DNA of 64,000 nucleotides from NCBI GenBank assembly GCA_001507855.1, contig LGEN01000009.1:10621-74620 (forward strand). The letters run 5' to 3'. Below the pieces are notes generated by a model. The model did not search any database. It saw only the letters and a list, made by a program, of their open reading frames with translations, and was not told the DNA's origin. The stretch is from Halomonas sp. 54_146 (GTDB lineage: Bacteria; Pseudomonadota; Gammaproteobacteria; Pseudomonadales; Halomonadaceae). Of the stretch, positions 1-9,051 are shown piece after piece. The translations under genes were made by a program, and so were the position numbers. The number at the start of each line of letters is the position of its first letter. The stretch's first letter is position 1.

Positions 1-512
1 ACCGGCTGGCGGGAAAACAGCGCGCACCACACGATTGAAATAACCCCGTACCACGCCGCACCGGCCAACAGCAGCAGCTGGCGTGCCGCTACGTCTTCAT
101 CTACCCCGCCGTGCTGTTCAATGTTGATCATTGAGTAGATCGACAGGATCAGCGTGCCAGAGGTAATGGTGGCGTAACGCTGGCCGATAGCACCGAGCAT
201 GATGAGGGTAAAGGTCGAAAGCCCCAGCCCCACAACAAATAGCCACGGCCAGGGAAACAGCCACTGCACAATAAAGGAGGCTGAGGTAAAACATACCAGG
301 GTTACCAGCAGGGCTTGAAAGCGGCCTTGCCAGCTATCGTCGGTTTCCGACAGCGCACTGGCGATAATGCCCAGAAATAGCGGAATCACCAGTTCCACAT
401 TGCCCATAAGACTACTAAACAGCCATGCACCGCTGAACGCTATAAAAACGCGCAGGCTGTAGGCGAATTTATCAAGAGTCCAAAGACGCCGAAGCGACAA
501 CGAAATGGGCAT
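1..512 (-). CDS. yccS: YccS/FUSC-family inner membrane transporter, N-terminal part (runs off window start)
   Basis: Manual translation from ATG at 512: MPISLSLRRLWTLDKFAYSLRVFIAFSGAW...LFLGIIASALSETDDSWQGRFQALLVTLVCF, typical YccS N-terminus; absent from the ORF track because it is truncated. Confidence 0.8.
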   Translation of the reverse strand, partial: MPISLSLRRLWTLDKFAYSLRVFIAFSGAWLFSSLMGNVELVIPLFLGIIASALSETDDSWQGRFQALLVTLVCFTSASFIVQWLFPWPWLFVVGLGLSTFTLIMLGAIGQRYATITSGTLILSIYSMINIEQHGGVDEDVAARQLLLLAGAAWYGVISIVWCALFSRQP

Positions 513-526
513 AGAGGCTCTTATGA

Positions 527-578
527 GTGATTGTTAATGCTGTGGGTGATTGTTAATGCTGTGTGTGATTGTTAATGC
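527..578. repeat. 19-bp tandem repeat, about 2.7 copies (GTGATTGTTAATGCTGTG[G/T])
   Basis: Units at 527-545, 546-564 and partial 565-578, immediately upstream of the yccS start. Confidence 0.9.
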
Positions 579-686
579 GTAGTATAACAAGACTGGTAAA
601 CTTTAGTATAACTAGGCTGGGGGCGTTAGGCGTTAAAGGGGGGAAAGAGGAAAACCCCACCACGCGGACGTGGCGGGTGGGGCTAA

Positions 687-747
687 CATTGGCAGTTACA
701 AACAGTGGCAGCGACCAGTGGCAGTTACAAACATTAGCAGCTACAAA
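687..747. repeat. Imperfect 16-bp repeats echoing the stop region of the 741-1097 gene
   Basis: CATTGGCAGTTACAAA (687), CAGTGGCAGTTACAAA (716), CATTAGCAGCTACAAA (732). Confidence 0.8.
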
Positions 748-1097
748 TACTTGAGTAGTTTTTGCAGCTTATTCATATCGGCGGAGTCACCCACTAAGCG
801 CACGCTGCCGTCCATCATGCCGTCGAGAAAGGCCTGCTGGGTTGGCTTTTTGAGCACTTTCAAGGCGGTTGCCTGATCGCGGAAACGCAGTTCTAGATCC
901 AAGTCCACCGGTAGCCCTTTAGCGGAGCTGATGCTTTTCGGCGTCATCCGGTAGTGGCGGGCAATGCTTAGATCTTCGGTGGCGATTCCCCAATCAAGGC
1001 CGCGCATGCGTTCTAACTGTTCGCGAAAGCGCGGCTTGCGGCGCAGGGCGCGTTTGAGCAGTAAGCTCAGCAGCCACAGCGTCAGCTTGAGCTTCAT
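741..1097 (-). CDS. SCP2 sterol/lipid-binding-like small protein
   Basis: 118 aa; C-terminal pattern AFLDGMMDGSVRLVGD...MNKLQKLL resembles SCP2 domains; ATG overlaps the HU stop (TAATG). Confidence 0.55.
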   Translation of the reverse strand: MKLKLTLWLLSLLLKRALRRKPRFREQLERMRGLDWGIATEDLSIARHYRMTPKSISSAKGLPVDLDLELRFRDQATALKVLKKPTQQAFLDGMMDGSVRLVGDSADMNKLQKLLKYL

Positions 1098-1369
1098 TAG
1101 GAAACCGCGTCCTTGAGGGCTTTGCCTGGCTTAAAGGCAACGTTTTTGCTGGCCGGAATTTGCAGTGGCGCACCGGTTTGCGGATTTTTGCCGGTACGTG
1201 CAGCGCGCGCGCGCACCGTGAAAGTACCAAAGCCGATGAGAGCGACGTCTTCGCCCTTGGCGACACTGTTGGTGATTTCATCCAGAATCACATTCAGCAC
1301 TTGGCCTGCTTTTTCTTTGGACAGGTCGGCGCTTTCAGCGATGGCAGCAGCGAGTTCAGGTTTGCGCAT
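1097..1369 (-). CDS. hup: HU family DNA-binding protein
   Basis: 90 aa from ATG 1369 (MRKPELAAAIA...); signature IGFGTF and RAARTGKNPQTG; the upstream extension in the ORF track is unlikely. Confidence 0.95.
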   Translation of the reverse strand: MRKPELAAAIAESADLSKEKAGQVLNVILDEITNSVAKGEDVALIGFGTFTVRARAARTGKNPQTGAPLQIPASKNVAFKPGKALKDAVS

Positions 1370-1571
1370 AAGGAGTCTCTCTTTAGTCAATAAGCGGATA
1401 ATAAACAAACAAATAATAAGCAAGCGAACGTTGGTGAAGAATCGAGCCTTTGTTAAAGAATCGAAACTTCGTCAAGTGCCTGGCGCTGAGTGCGTCACCA
1501 CTATGCGTCACCACCAATAGGTTAGCTGCTCAAGGGCAGCTACTCTAGCCTAGTCGTGAACGCGGCGAAAA

Positions 1572-2903
1572 TCAGCCTAGCAGCGCAGGCGCTGCTCTGG
1601 AAAGCTCCACTTTCCTTCTCACGCAGCCACCTGTCAACGCAAAACCAATCAAACGTCCGTCTTTATTTTCAGCTAAGGCGCTGATATCAGAACCTTGGCC
1701 TTCAATACGCCAGCGTTCTGGCCTTGTGTGCGGTGGGTAGGCAACCACGGGCAATAAGGGCGTTTTCACCACGATCGGCCAAGCGCCGAAGCTAACAGGG
1801 GTGGGTGTGCCCGCAAGGGTGGCCGCCAATGCCTTGGTGCTTGCCTGCAGCGGCTGTACGTACATGGCATTAACGCCATCCACGCAGGCTACATCGCCTA
1901 AAGCGTACACATCCTGATGCGATGTACGTAAGTAGCGGTCAACGTCTATGCCGCTCGCCGTGACAGCTAATCCAGCGGCTTGGGCAAGCGCTGTGCGTGG
2001 GGTAAGGCCGGTGGCCATTAGCACCAGATCAGCGCTGACGGTGTCGCCGTTATCCAGACGTAATAGGATGTCTTCGCCGTTTTCGGCCGCGATGGAATCA
2101 ATCGAGCGGCCAAGGTGAAGGTGGATACCTGCTTCGCTAAAGGCATCGCTTAGGGCGTTTCCCAGCGGCGGCGGTAGCAGCCGGGCAAGCAGGGTGGCTT
2201 CAGGGGCGATAACGCTGACCTGATGACCGCCAGCGTGCAGGTCGTTGGCAAATTCACAGCCAACCAGCCCCGCGCCAACAATCGCTACCCGTGAAGAACC
2301 GTGGCCTAACGCCTTATGAAAGCGGCGGTAGTCATCTAGGTCGTTGATAGAAAAGCAGCGTGGCACCACGCTGGGGGCAATGTTATGTGAGGCGGTGTTA
2401 TCTGAAGAGATACTAAAAGGCACGCGGGGTTCAGCGCCTGTTGCTAATACTAGAGTGTCGTAGGTTAGGCGGTCTTCACTGGTTCCATTGCGGTCTTCCA
2501 GAACCACGGTTTTGTTATCCACATCCAGGGTGGTTACTTGGGTGTGGATAACCACGCGGGCGTTTAGCTCTTCGCCAAGTTCAGCGGCGCTTCGCTGGGC
2601 TAATTTTTCGGGGGTTAAGCGTTTGGCAAAGCCGGTGGAGAGCAGCGGCTTGCTGTAGTCATCACCGCTGTCTGCACTTACTAATGTGATTGAGCGTTGG
2701 TCGCCTAGGCGGCGTAATGCGCGGGCAAGGCCAACCCCCGCCATTCCCGTGCCAATAATGACCAACGCCGCGTGAGACGAAGAAGACGGGTGAGACGAAG
2801 CAAGCTGAGTCGTTGAGGTTAGCTGTTGATAGGCTACGGGCATGCAGACACCAAAAGGGTCGCTAAAAAAGTCGTTGGCATAAAAAGCCTGTAAGTGCGC
2901 CAT
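1572..2903 (-). CDS. NAD(P)/FAD-dependent oxidoreductase, rubredoxin-NAD(+) reductase-like (start uncertain, 2903 or 2843)
   Basis: FAD motif IIGTGMAG, YSKPLLS, NADH motif IVGAGLVGCEFANDL, ALGDVA; position between ubiA and HU resembles the Pseudomonas rubB locus. Confidence 0.75.
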   Translation of the reverse strand: MAHLQAFYANDFFSDPFGVCMPVAYQQLTSTTQLASSHPSSSSHAALVIIGTGMAGVGLARALRRLGDQRSITLVSADSGDDYSKPLLSTGFAKRLTPEKLAQRSAAELGEELNARVVIHTQVTTLDVDNKTVVLEDRNGTSEDRLTYDTLVLATGAEPRVPFSISSDNTASHNIAPSVVPRCFSINDLDDYRRFHKALGHGSSRVAIVGAGLVGCEFANDLHAGGHQVSVIAPEATLLARLLPPPLGNALSDAFSEAGIHLHLGRSIDSIAAENGEDILLRLDNGDTVSADLVLMATGLTPRTALAQAAGLAVTASGIDVDRYLRTSHQDVYALGDVACVDGVNAMYVQPLQASTKALAATLAGTPTPVSFGAWPIVVKTPLLPVVAYPPHTRPERWRIEGQGSDISALAENKDGRLIGFALTGGCVRRKVELSRAAPALLG

Positions 2904-3017
2904 GTTACACTAAGTGCCCCGATTTTTTGCGCACGATAGCGGGTGATCTTGATCTACCTTCGCGCTAGGCTATTCCCCTGTCTGTTATTTTTGTCCTTTG
3001 TTTTTCGTGAGGTAAGC

Positions 3018-3908
3018 ATGGATCGTTCACTGTTGCGGCCGAAGGGATTAGCTCGCGTTGCAGATTTTTTACACTTAATGCGCCTAGACCGGCCGATTGG
3101 CACGTGGCTGCTGATGTGGCCGACCCTTTGGGCGCTATGGATTGCCGCGCAAGGCGTGCCAGGCCGGAATATCCTGCTCATTTTTATTGCCGGCGTTTAC
3201 GTGATGCGCGCCGCTGGCTGCGTCGTTAACGATTATGCAGACCGGCATTTCGATGGCCATGTGAAGCGCACTAAAAACCGTCCGCTGGCGACGGGAAAAA
3301 TCAGTGAAACCGAGGCTCAGCTGCTCTTTATTGCCCTGGTGGCGGGGGCGTTTATTCTGGTTTTGCTGACTAATTGGTTTACGGTGGCGCTCTCGCTAGG
3401 GGGTGTGGCGCTGGCGATTATTTATCCGTTTATGAAACGTTACACCCACTTCCCGCAGGTGGTGCTGGGGGCGGCGTTCTCTTGGTCGATCCCGATGGCC
3501 TTTGGTGCAGTGCTGGGCCATGTGCCGCTTGAAGCCTGGCTACTTTTTTGCGCCAACGTACTATGGACCGTCGCCTACGATACCCAGTACGCCATGGTAG
3601 ACCGCGACGATGATTTGAAAATTGGCATTAAATCGACGGCGGTACTGTTTGGTAGCGCGGATCGTTTGATTATCGGCTTGCTTCAGGTGGCTACGCTCAT
3701 ACTGCTGGCGTGGGTAGGCTGGCGGATTGGCTTAGGCGGTTTTTTCTGGCTGGGGCTTGCTGCGATGGCGGCAACATTCGTGCATCAGCAGCGCTTAATT
3801 CGCCATTGTGAGCGGGACGCTTGCTTCCAGGCGTTCTTGAATAATTTTTGGTCGGGCCTGCTGATTTTTGCAGGCATTGCGCTAAGTTGGTGGCCTGCGG
3901 CGGGCTAA
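3018..3908 (+). CDS. ubiA: 4-hydroxybenzoate octaprenyltransferase
   Basis: [48 protein letters not shown]; ATG 3018 follows GAGG. Confidence 0.97.
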   Translation: MDRSLLRPKGLARVADFLHLMRLDRPIGTWLLMWPTLWALWIAAQGVPGRNILLIFIAGVYVMRAAGCVVNDYADRHFDGHVKRTKNRPLATGKISETEAQLLFIALVAGAFILVLLTNWFTVALSLGGVALAIIYPFMKRYTHFPQVVLGAAFSWSIPMAFGAVLGHVPLEAWLLFCANVLWTVAYDTQYAMVDRDDDLKIGIKSTAVLFGSADRLIIGLLQVATLILLAWVGWRIGLGGFFWLGLAAMAATFVHQQRLIRHCERDACFQAFLNNFWSGLLIFAGIALSWWPAAG

Positions 3909-3942
3909 TAGCGGCTACTCTGATTAGACTGTTTTGATAAGA

Positions 3943-3993
3943 CTGTCACGAGATTGTCATCAAGTCATGATGTTATCGTCACTGATATGTCAT
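3943..3993 (+). promoter_or_regulatory. Pho box array upstream of phoB
   Basis: CTGTCAC-GAGA-TTGTCAT (3943-3960) plus TCGTCAC (3976) and ATGTCAT (3987), all on an 11-bp register. Confidence 0.8.
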
Positions 3994-4029
3994 TGCATGA
4001 TCTTTCTTTGAACACCGTGAGGCTCTGGT

Positions 4030-4719
4030 ATGACCGCCAAGACCGTTCTGATTGTCGATGATGAGTCGTCGATTCGCGAGATGATCGCGGTAGCGCTGGA
4101 AATGGCTGATTATCGCGTACTCGAAGCAGATAACGCCCAGGATGCTCATGCCATGGTGGTTGACCATCAACCCGACTTGCTGCTGCTTGACTGGATGATG
4201 CCCGGCACCAGCGGTATTGAGCTTGCCAGGCGCTTAAAGCGTGAAGAAACGACTGCCGATATCCCTATTATTATGCTGACCGCGAAAGGCGAGGAAGATA
4301 ATAAGATTCAAGGGCTTGAAGCCGGCGCTGACGATTATATTACGAAGCCTTTTTCGCCCCGTGAGCTAGTCGCACGGTTAAAGGCGGTGCTACGTCGTGC
4401 GACCCCGCGTGGCGTTGAAGACCCCATTGAGGTTAACGGCCTGTTGCTTGATCCGGTGAGCCATCGGATAAGCGCACACGGCAAAGCGTTGGAAATGGGC
4501 CCTACTGAATATCGTCTGCTGCAGTTTTTTATGACCCATCAAGAGCGCGCCTACACGCGCAGCCAGCTGCTTGACCAGGTGTGGGGTGGCAACGTTTACG
4601 TTGAAGAGCGCACGGTAGATGTGCATATTCGTCGGTTGCGCAAAGCGTTGGGCGAAGTACATCAACATCTGATTCAAACGGTTCGGGGCACCGGTTACCG
4701 TTTCTCTGCTCGGGGGTAA
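4030..4719 (+). CDS. phoB: Phosphate regulon response regulator PhoB
   Basis: Receiver [10 protein letters not shown]; OmpR tail [14 protein letters not shown] and [10 protein letters not shown]. Confidence 0.97.
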   Translation: MTAKTVLIVDDESSIREMIAVALEMADYRVLEADNAQDAHAMVVDHQPDLLLLDWMMPGTSGIELARRLKREETTADIPIIMLTAKGEEDNKIQGLEAGADDYITKPFSPRELVARLKAVLRRATPRGVEDPIEVNGLLLDPVSHRISAHGKALEMGPTEYRLLQFFMTHQERAYTRSQLLDQVWGGNVYVEERTVDVHIRRLRKALGEVHQHLIQTVRGTGYRFSARG

Positions 4720-4721
4720 AT

Positions 4722-6026
4722 GTGCGCTTATGGAGCCGTGAGCTGTGGCGCTTAGCGTGGCTAGCCGCACTAGGTGCTAGCGTTGGCTGGCTACTGGGTG
4801 CGGCTGGGCTTGGGCTGGCTGTTGGGCTTGCGGTATGCCTGTTTTATCACCTGCGGCAGTTGCGTGCTTTGTACCAGTGGCTAACCCTTCACCCCCACGA
4901 TGAACCGCCTGCCGCACAGGGCATGTGGGGGGAAATGTTTGATCGGTTATACCGCTATCAAAAAAGCCAGCGCATTACTCAGAACCGGCTACGCGCTACG
5001 TTAGCGCGTATTCAAGAATCATCTGAAGCGATGCGCGACAGCGTGGTGATGCTTGACCGCCACGGTGATCTTGAATGGTGGAACAGCGCGGCGACTAACA
5101 TGCTAGGGCTGCAAACCGCCCATGACCGCGGCCAGCACATTACTAACTTGCTACGCGATCCGAGCTTTATTAGCTACTTTAATGCGTGCGACTATAGTGA
5201 GCCGCTAACGCTAAGGTCGCCGATTGATGAACGCTGTATCCTGCAGTATCAAATCACGTTGTACGGTGATGACGAGCGGCTTGTCATGGCGCGGGATATC
5301 ACCCGCTTGCATCGTCTGGAGCAGATGCGCCGTGATTTTGTCGCTAACGTCTCCCACGAGCTGCGCACCCCTTTAACGGTTCTTTCCGGTTATTTAGAAA
5401 CTTATAGCGATTTAGCTGAGCAGCTCCCGCCGCGCTTAGGCAAGGGTATTCATCAAATGCAGGAGCAAACTCAGCGAATGCAGAATTTGGTGAATGATTT
5501 ATTGCTGCTGTCCCGCTTAGAGATTGACCAAGGCGGTAAAGATCATCACCCGCTGTTAATGGCACCATTACTGCAGAGTGTTTGTAATGATGCGCTGGCG
5601 TTATCGCATCAGCGTCATAGTATTACCGTTGCCGTCGAAAGCGATGCTCGTTTGCTGGGCAGTGAGCAGGAGATTCGCAGCGCTGTTTCTAATCTCGCCT
5701 TTAATGCGGTTCGCTACACTCCCCCTGGCAGTCATATCACGTTACGTTGGAAAGCACTGCCTGATGGCGGCGGCTGCATTGACGTTGAAGATAACGGTGA
5801 AGGCATTGACCCGGTGCATATTCCTCGCTTAACCGAGCGGTTTTACCGTGTCGATAAAGGCCGCAGCACCGCGACCGGCGGCACGGGTTTAGGGTTAGCC
5901 ATTGTTAAGCACGTGCTATTGCGACACGATGCGCAGCTGCAAATTGAATCCCACCCCGACAAAGGGGCCGTGTTCCGTTGTGTTTTCCCCGCCTCACGTT
6001 TTCTCCTATCAGAAACATATGCCTAG
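4722..6026 (+). CDS. phoR: Phosphate regulon sensor kinase PhoR
   Basis: H-box FVANVSHELRTPLTV; FYRVDKGRSTATGGTGLGLAIVKH; follows phoB. Confidence 0.97.
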   Translation: MRLWSRELWRLAWLAALGASVGWLLGAAGLGLAVGLAVCLFYHLRQLRALYQWLTLHPHDEPPAAQGMWGEMFDRLYRYQKSQRITQNRLRATLARIQESSEAMRDSVVMLDRHGDLEWWNSAATNMLGLQTAHDRGQHITNLLRDPSFISYFNACDYSEPLTLRSPIDERCILQYQITLYGDDERLVMARDITRLHRLEQMRRDFVANVSHELRTPLTVLSGYLETYSDLAEQLPPRLGKGIHQMQEQTQRMQNLVNDLLLLSRLEIDQGGKDHHPLLMAPLLQSVCNDALALSHQRHSITVAVESDARLLGSEQEIRSAVSNLAFNAVRYTPPGSHITLRWKALPDGGGCIDVEDNGEGIDPVHIPRLTERFYRVDKGRSTATGGTGLGLAIVKHVLLRHDAQLQIESHPDKGAVFRCVFPASRFLLSETYA

Positions 6027-6170
6027 CGCATAATGCTTGCAGACATACTACGTGTAGAAGTGGGCAGTATCGGCACCAGCTTGGTAAAGCGGTGCGCATG
6101 TGCCATTTTTACACAACTTTTGGTGCCCCTTATATGTAGTTATGCGCTTTTTTGGGCGCATTTTTTATTG

Positions 6171-6229
6171 TAAATAACTGATTATAAATTGGTTATTTTT
6201 TATTATGGCTACATGGCATACCTTCTGCA
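6171..6229 (+). promoter_or_regulatory. Sigma54 -24/-12 promoter with upstream IHF site
   Basis: TGGCAT-ACCTT-CTGCA at 6214-6229 (GG-N10-GC); 6171-6183 reads AATCAGTTATTTA on the minus strand, matching WATCAR-N4-TTR. Confidence 0.65.
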
Positions 6230-6239
6230 GGTTTCTATT

Positions 6240-6559
6240 TAAGATGGAACGAGCGGTACTGGCATTACTACCGGGTGCGTCGACAGGGAGTCGCGCGCAA
6301 GGCATTAACGAAACATTTGGTAACAAAACATTGCAATTTTCGCAAAACATTTTACAATTGAAATGTAAGCGAACCATGCGTGAGCATGTCAAACCGAAAA
6401 GGATGCACAACGATTCAAGGAATGAATAAAACGGCAATCAAAACGCTAGTCAGGGTGTAAATCCAAGGTTGGAGTCCCGCAAACGGAAAGGAAGCTAGCG
6501 TTAGTTATTGTCAATAGGTTGTGTATTAAGACCCTGCTTAGGCGGGGTCTCATTTTTTT
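6240..6559 (+). ncRNA. Candidate sigma54-dependent small RNA (ANGGA-rich)
   Basis: Lies between the sigma54 promoter and an intrinsic terminator, with no downstream plus-strand gene; six ANGGA motifs; 8-bp stem AACGCTAG/CTAGCGTT. Confidence 0.5.
6529..6559 (+). terminator. Rho-independent terminator
   Basis: AGACCCTGC-TTAG-GCGGGGTCT followed by CATTTTTTT. Confidence 0.85.
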
Positions 6560-6654
6560 AATGGTGGCGGTCTTCTGATGGTGCTAATGGTGTGCTCGGA
6601 GCGGTGACCGTTCAGCCGCTTCGGCACGCTGCGTGGCACTTTGCATCCAGGCTT

Positions 6655-7386
6655 CTAGGTTGGCGTAATATTGCGCATGTCTCTGTAGTGGTCGTCCCAC
6701 ATCAGTACCGCACCCGCAACGGCACCTGGGAGTAGAAATAAATTAGCCAGTGGCACCCAGGTGATCAGCGTGACCAGTCCGCCAAAGCTGAGGCTTTGCC
6801 ACCAGCGCTTAGCGAGCCGCTGCCGCATGTCGGTAAACGTCACCTTGTTGTTATCCATTGGGTAATCTAAATAGGTGATTGCCATTATCCAGGCAGAAAA
6901 CAACGCCCACAGCAGTGGGGCAACTAAATTCACGCCTGGAATCCAGCTAAGCACAAACAGGCCAGCGGCGCGCGGCAGAATATAGGCGAGCTTAACAAAC
7001 TCACGCCCAACGGCATCGATAGCTGTTTTAGTCAGGTTTCGGTCATCAATAGGCGCGCGGCCAGTCGCTTGAATTTCAACCTTCGCGGCCAAAAAGCCGT
7101 AAAAAGGTGCCGCAATTAAGCTGGTCACCAGCGTGAAAGTGAAAAACACTACGATCAACAGGCTAATAACAAAAAGCGGCCAGATAAGCCACGATAGCCA
7201 ATCAAGCCACGCGGGCACCATGCCCATCCAATGAGCCAACCAACCATCGAAGCGGTTGAGCACAAAGCTGAACATGCTGACGTAAACGATCAGGTTGATC
7301 AAAATAGGCAGGAAAATATAGCGGCGCATACCCGGTTGATACACTTGGCGTGTACCTCGGCTAAGCGCAGTGACGGCATCCAGCAT
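6655..7386 (-). CDS. cysZ: CysZ / EI24-domain membrane protein
   Basis: LIAAPFYGFLAAKVE, YLDYPMDNNK, WVPLANLFLLPGAVAGA motifs. Confidence 0.85.
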   Translation of the reverse strand: MLDAVTALSRGTRQVYQPGMRRYIFLPILINLIVYVSMFSFVLNRFDGWLAHWMGMVPAWLDWLSWLIWPLFVISLLIVVFFTFTLVTSLIAAPFYGFLAAKVEIQATGRAPIDDRNLTKTAIDAVGREFVKLAYILPRAAGLFVLSWIPGVNLVAPLLWALFSAWIMAITYLDYPMDNNKVTFTDMRQRLAKRWWQSLSFGGLVTLITWVPLANLFLLPGAVAGAVLMWDDHYRDMRNITPT

Positions 7387-7466
7387 GTTAGGGGAGACTC
7401 CTTATGATTCAAACGTCCAGGCAGCTAAGCAACCTGGACGTATTGCAGGAGGAAACCCCTATCAGG

Positions 7467-8204
7467 TCAAGACTTTTTTTCTGACTTGTTTTCTATCGCG
7501 GGGTCGAGATTATCGAGGTCGCTATGGCGAATATCCAGGCCTTTGACGAGATAAACCACGTACTCAGCGAGGTTGTCGGCATGGTCGCCTACCCGTTCCA
7601 GCGCCCGCAGTACCCACATAATGCTGAGCACTGAAGAGATAGACCGCGAGTCTTCCATCATAAAGGTCATTAGCGAGCGCATGGCGCTGCTGTACTCGTC
7701 GTCGACCAGCTGGTCTTCACGCACGACCTGCATGGCGAGTTCGGTGTCAAAGCGGGCAAAGGCAGTGAGCGCATCGCGCAACATTTTGCGCACGTGCTCG
7801 CTGATATGACGAACTTCCACCAAGCCGCGAATAGTGCTGGCACTTTCGCTAAGCAGCAGCGCGTTGCGGGCGATTTTGCTGGCTTCATCGCCAATGCGCT
7901 CTAAGTCTGAGGTGGCGCGGATGACAGCGACCACCAAGCGCAAATCGGAGGCCGCGGGCTGACGGCGTGCCAGTACGCGGGTACATTCGTCGTCGATTTG
8001 TAGCTGTAGATCGTTGACCTGACGGTCATTATCACGCACCTGCTCGGCTAAGCGAGTGTCGCCTTCCAGAAGTGCTAAGACGGCATCCTGCACTTGCTTT
8101 TCCACCAGGCCACCCATGGCCATCAGATGGGTTTTTAGCTCTTCCAGCTCCTGGTTGAACTGGCGAGAGATATGCTGGCTGTGGGTATCGCTCGTAATAT
8201 CCAT
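7467..8204 (-). CDS. phoU: Phosphate signalling protein PhoU
   Basis: QHISRQFNQELEEL, RQPAASDLR, DLERIGDEA, ALERVGDHADNLAEYVVYLVKGLDIRH. Confidence 0.97.
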   Translation of the reverse strand: MDITSDTHSQHISRQFNQELEELKTHLMAMGGLVEKQVQDAVLALLEGDTRLAEQVRDNDRQVNDLQLQIDDECTRVLARRQPAASDLRLVVAVIRATSDLERIGDEASKIARNALLLSESASTIRGLVEVRHISEHVRKMLRDALTAFARFDTELAMQVVREDQLVDDEYSSAMRSLMTFMMEDSRSISSVLSIMWVLRALERVGDHADNLAEYVVYLVKGLDIRHSDLDNLDPAIENKSEKKS

Positions 8205-8235
8205 GGAGCACTCCTGACGTTGCAGTTAATAAGGC

Positions 8236-9051
8236 CTAGGTGATGCGGCCAGTGATGTAGTTTTCGGTATGTTGCAATAAAGGGTTGGTGAAAACCTGGT
8301 CGGTAGGCCCGTATTCAACCAGCTCACCTTGATGCAAAAAGGCGGTGTAATCCGACACACGCGCCGCTTGTTGCATATTGTGGGTAACCAACACTAACGT
8401 CAGTTCCGACTTTAGGTTACGGATCAGCTCCTCAATTTTGAGCGTTGAAATCGGGTCTAATGCAGACGCCGGTTCATCAAGCAGCAGCACGTCGGGTTGC
8501 ACGGCTAAGGTGCGGGCAATCACCAGGCGCTGCTGCTGGCCACCGGAAAGCTGCCAGGCAGAGCGGTGCAGGCGATCCTTCACTTCATCCCAAAGGGCGG
8601 CTGAAGTTAATGCCCACTCAATGATGTCGTCGCGCTTGCGCTTGGTCAGGCGCTGTTGCAAACGCAGGCCAAAAGCAACGTTTTCATAGATCGACATGGG
8701 AAAGGGGTTGGGGGTTTGAAACACCATCCCGACACGCCGCCGTAGTTCGGTAACGTTCACGTGTGGGCCATGAATATCTTGCCCTTCCAGCGTGATGCGG
8801 CCGTTATGGGTAACCGATTCATTGAGGTCATGCAGCCGATTAATCGCCCTGAGTAAGGTTGATTTACCGCACCCCGAAGGGCCAATGAAGGCCGTTACCC
8901 GGTGGCGAGGAACGCTAAGGGTTAAGTTGCGCAACGCCTCTTTCCCCGCATAAGCGAGGCTAAAATGATCGATACTCAAGCAGCAGTGCTCAGGCGAAAA
9001 ATGCGTCACTGGTGCCTGAGCGGTATTGGCTGAATGTAATGACGCTAGCAT
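8236..9051 (-). CDS. pstB: Phosphate ABC transporter ATPase
   Basis: Walker [47 protein letters not shown]. Confidence 0.95.
   Translation of the reverse strand: MLASLHSANTAQAPVTHFSPEHCCLSIDHFSLAYAGKEALRNLTLSVPRHRVTAFIGPSGCGKSTLLRAINRLHDLNESVTHNGRITLEGQDIHGPHVNVTELRRRVGMVFQTPNPFPMSIYENVAFGLRLQQRLTKRKRDDIIEWALTSAALWDEVKDRLHRSAWQLSGGQQQRLVIARTLAVQPDVLLLDEPASALDPISTLKIEELIRNLKSELTLVLVTHNMQQAARVSDYTAFLHQGELVEYGPTDQVFTNPLLQHTENYITGRIT

Noticed and set aside
527-750. Short repeat clusters as a possible CRISPR array
   Set aside because: Units are 16-19 bp, tandem or nearly so, without unique 30-40 bp spacers, and no cas genes are present.
994-1520. ORFs 994-1281, 1113-1520 and 1160-1393
   Set aside because: Overlap the HU and SCP2-like genes in other frames or strands.
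6165-6437. ORFs 6165-6437 (-) and 6205-6429 (+)
   Set aside because: No SD, no family motifs, and both overlap the sigma54 promoter elements; treated as non-coding, although the 61-codon sub-ORF from 6244 cannot be excluded.
6633-6646. TGGCAC-TTTGCA as another sigma54 promoter
   Set aside because: GG-to-GC spacing is 6, not the invariant 10.
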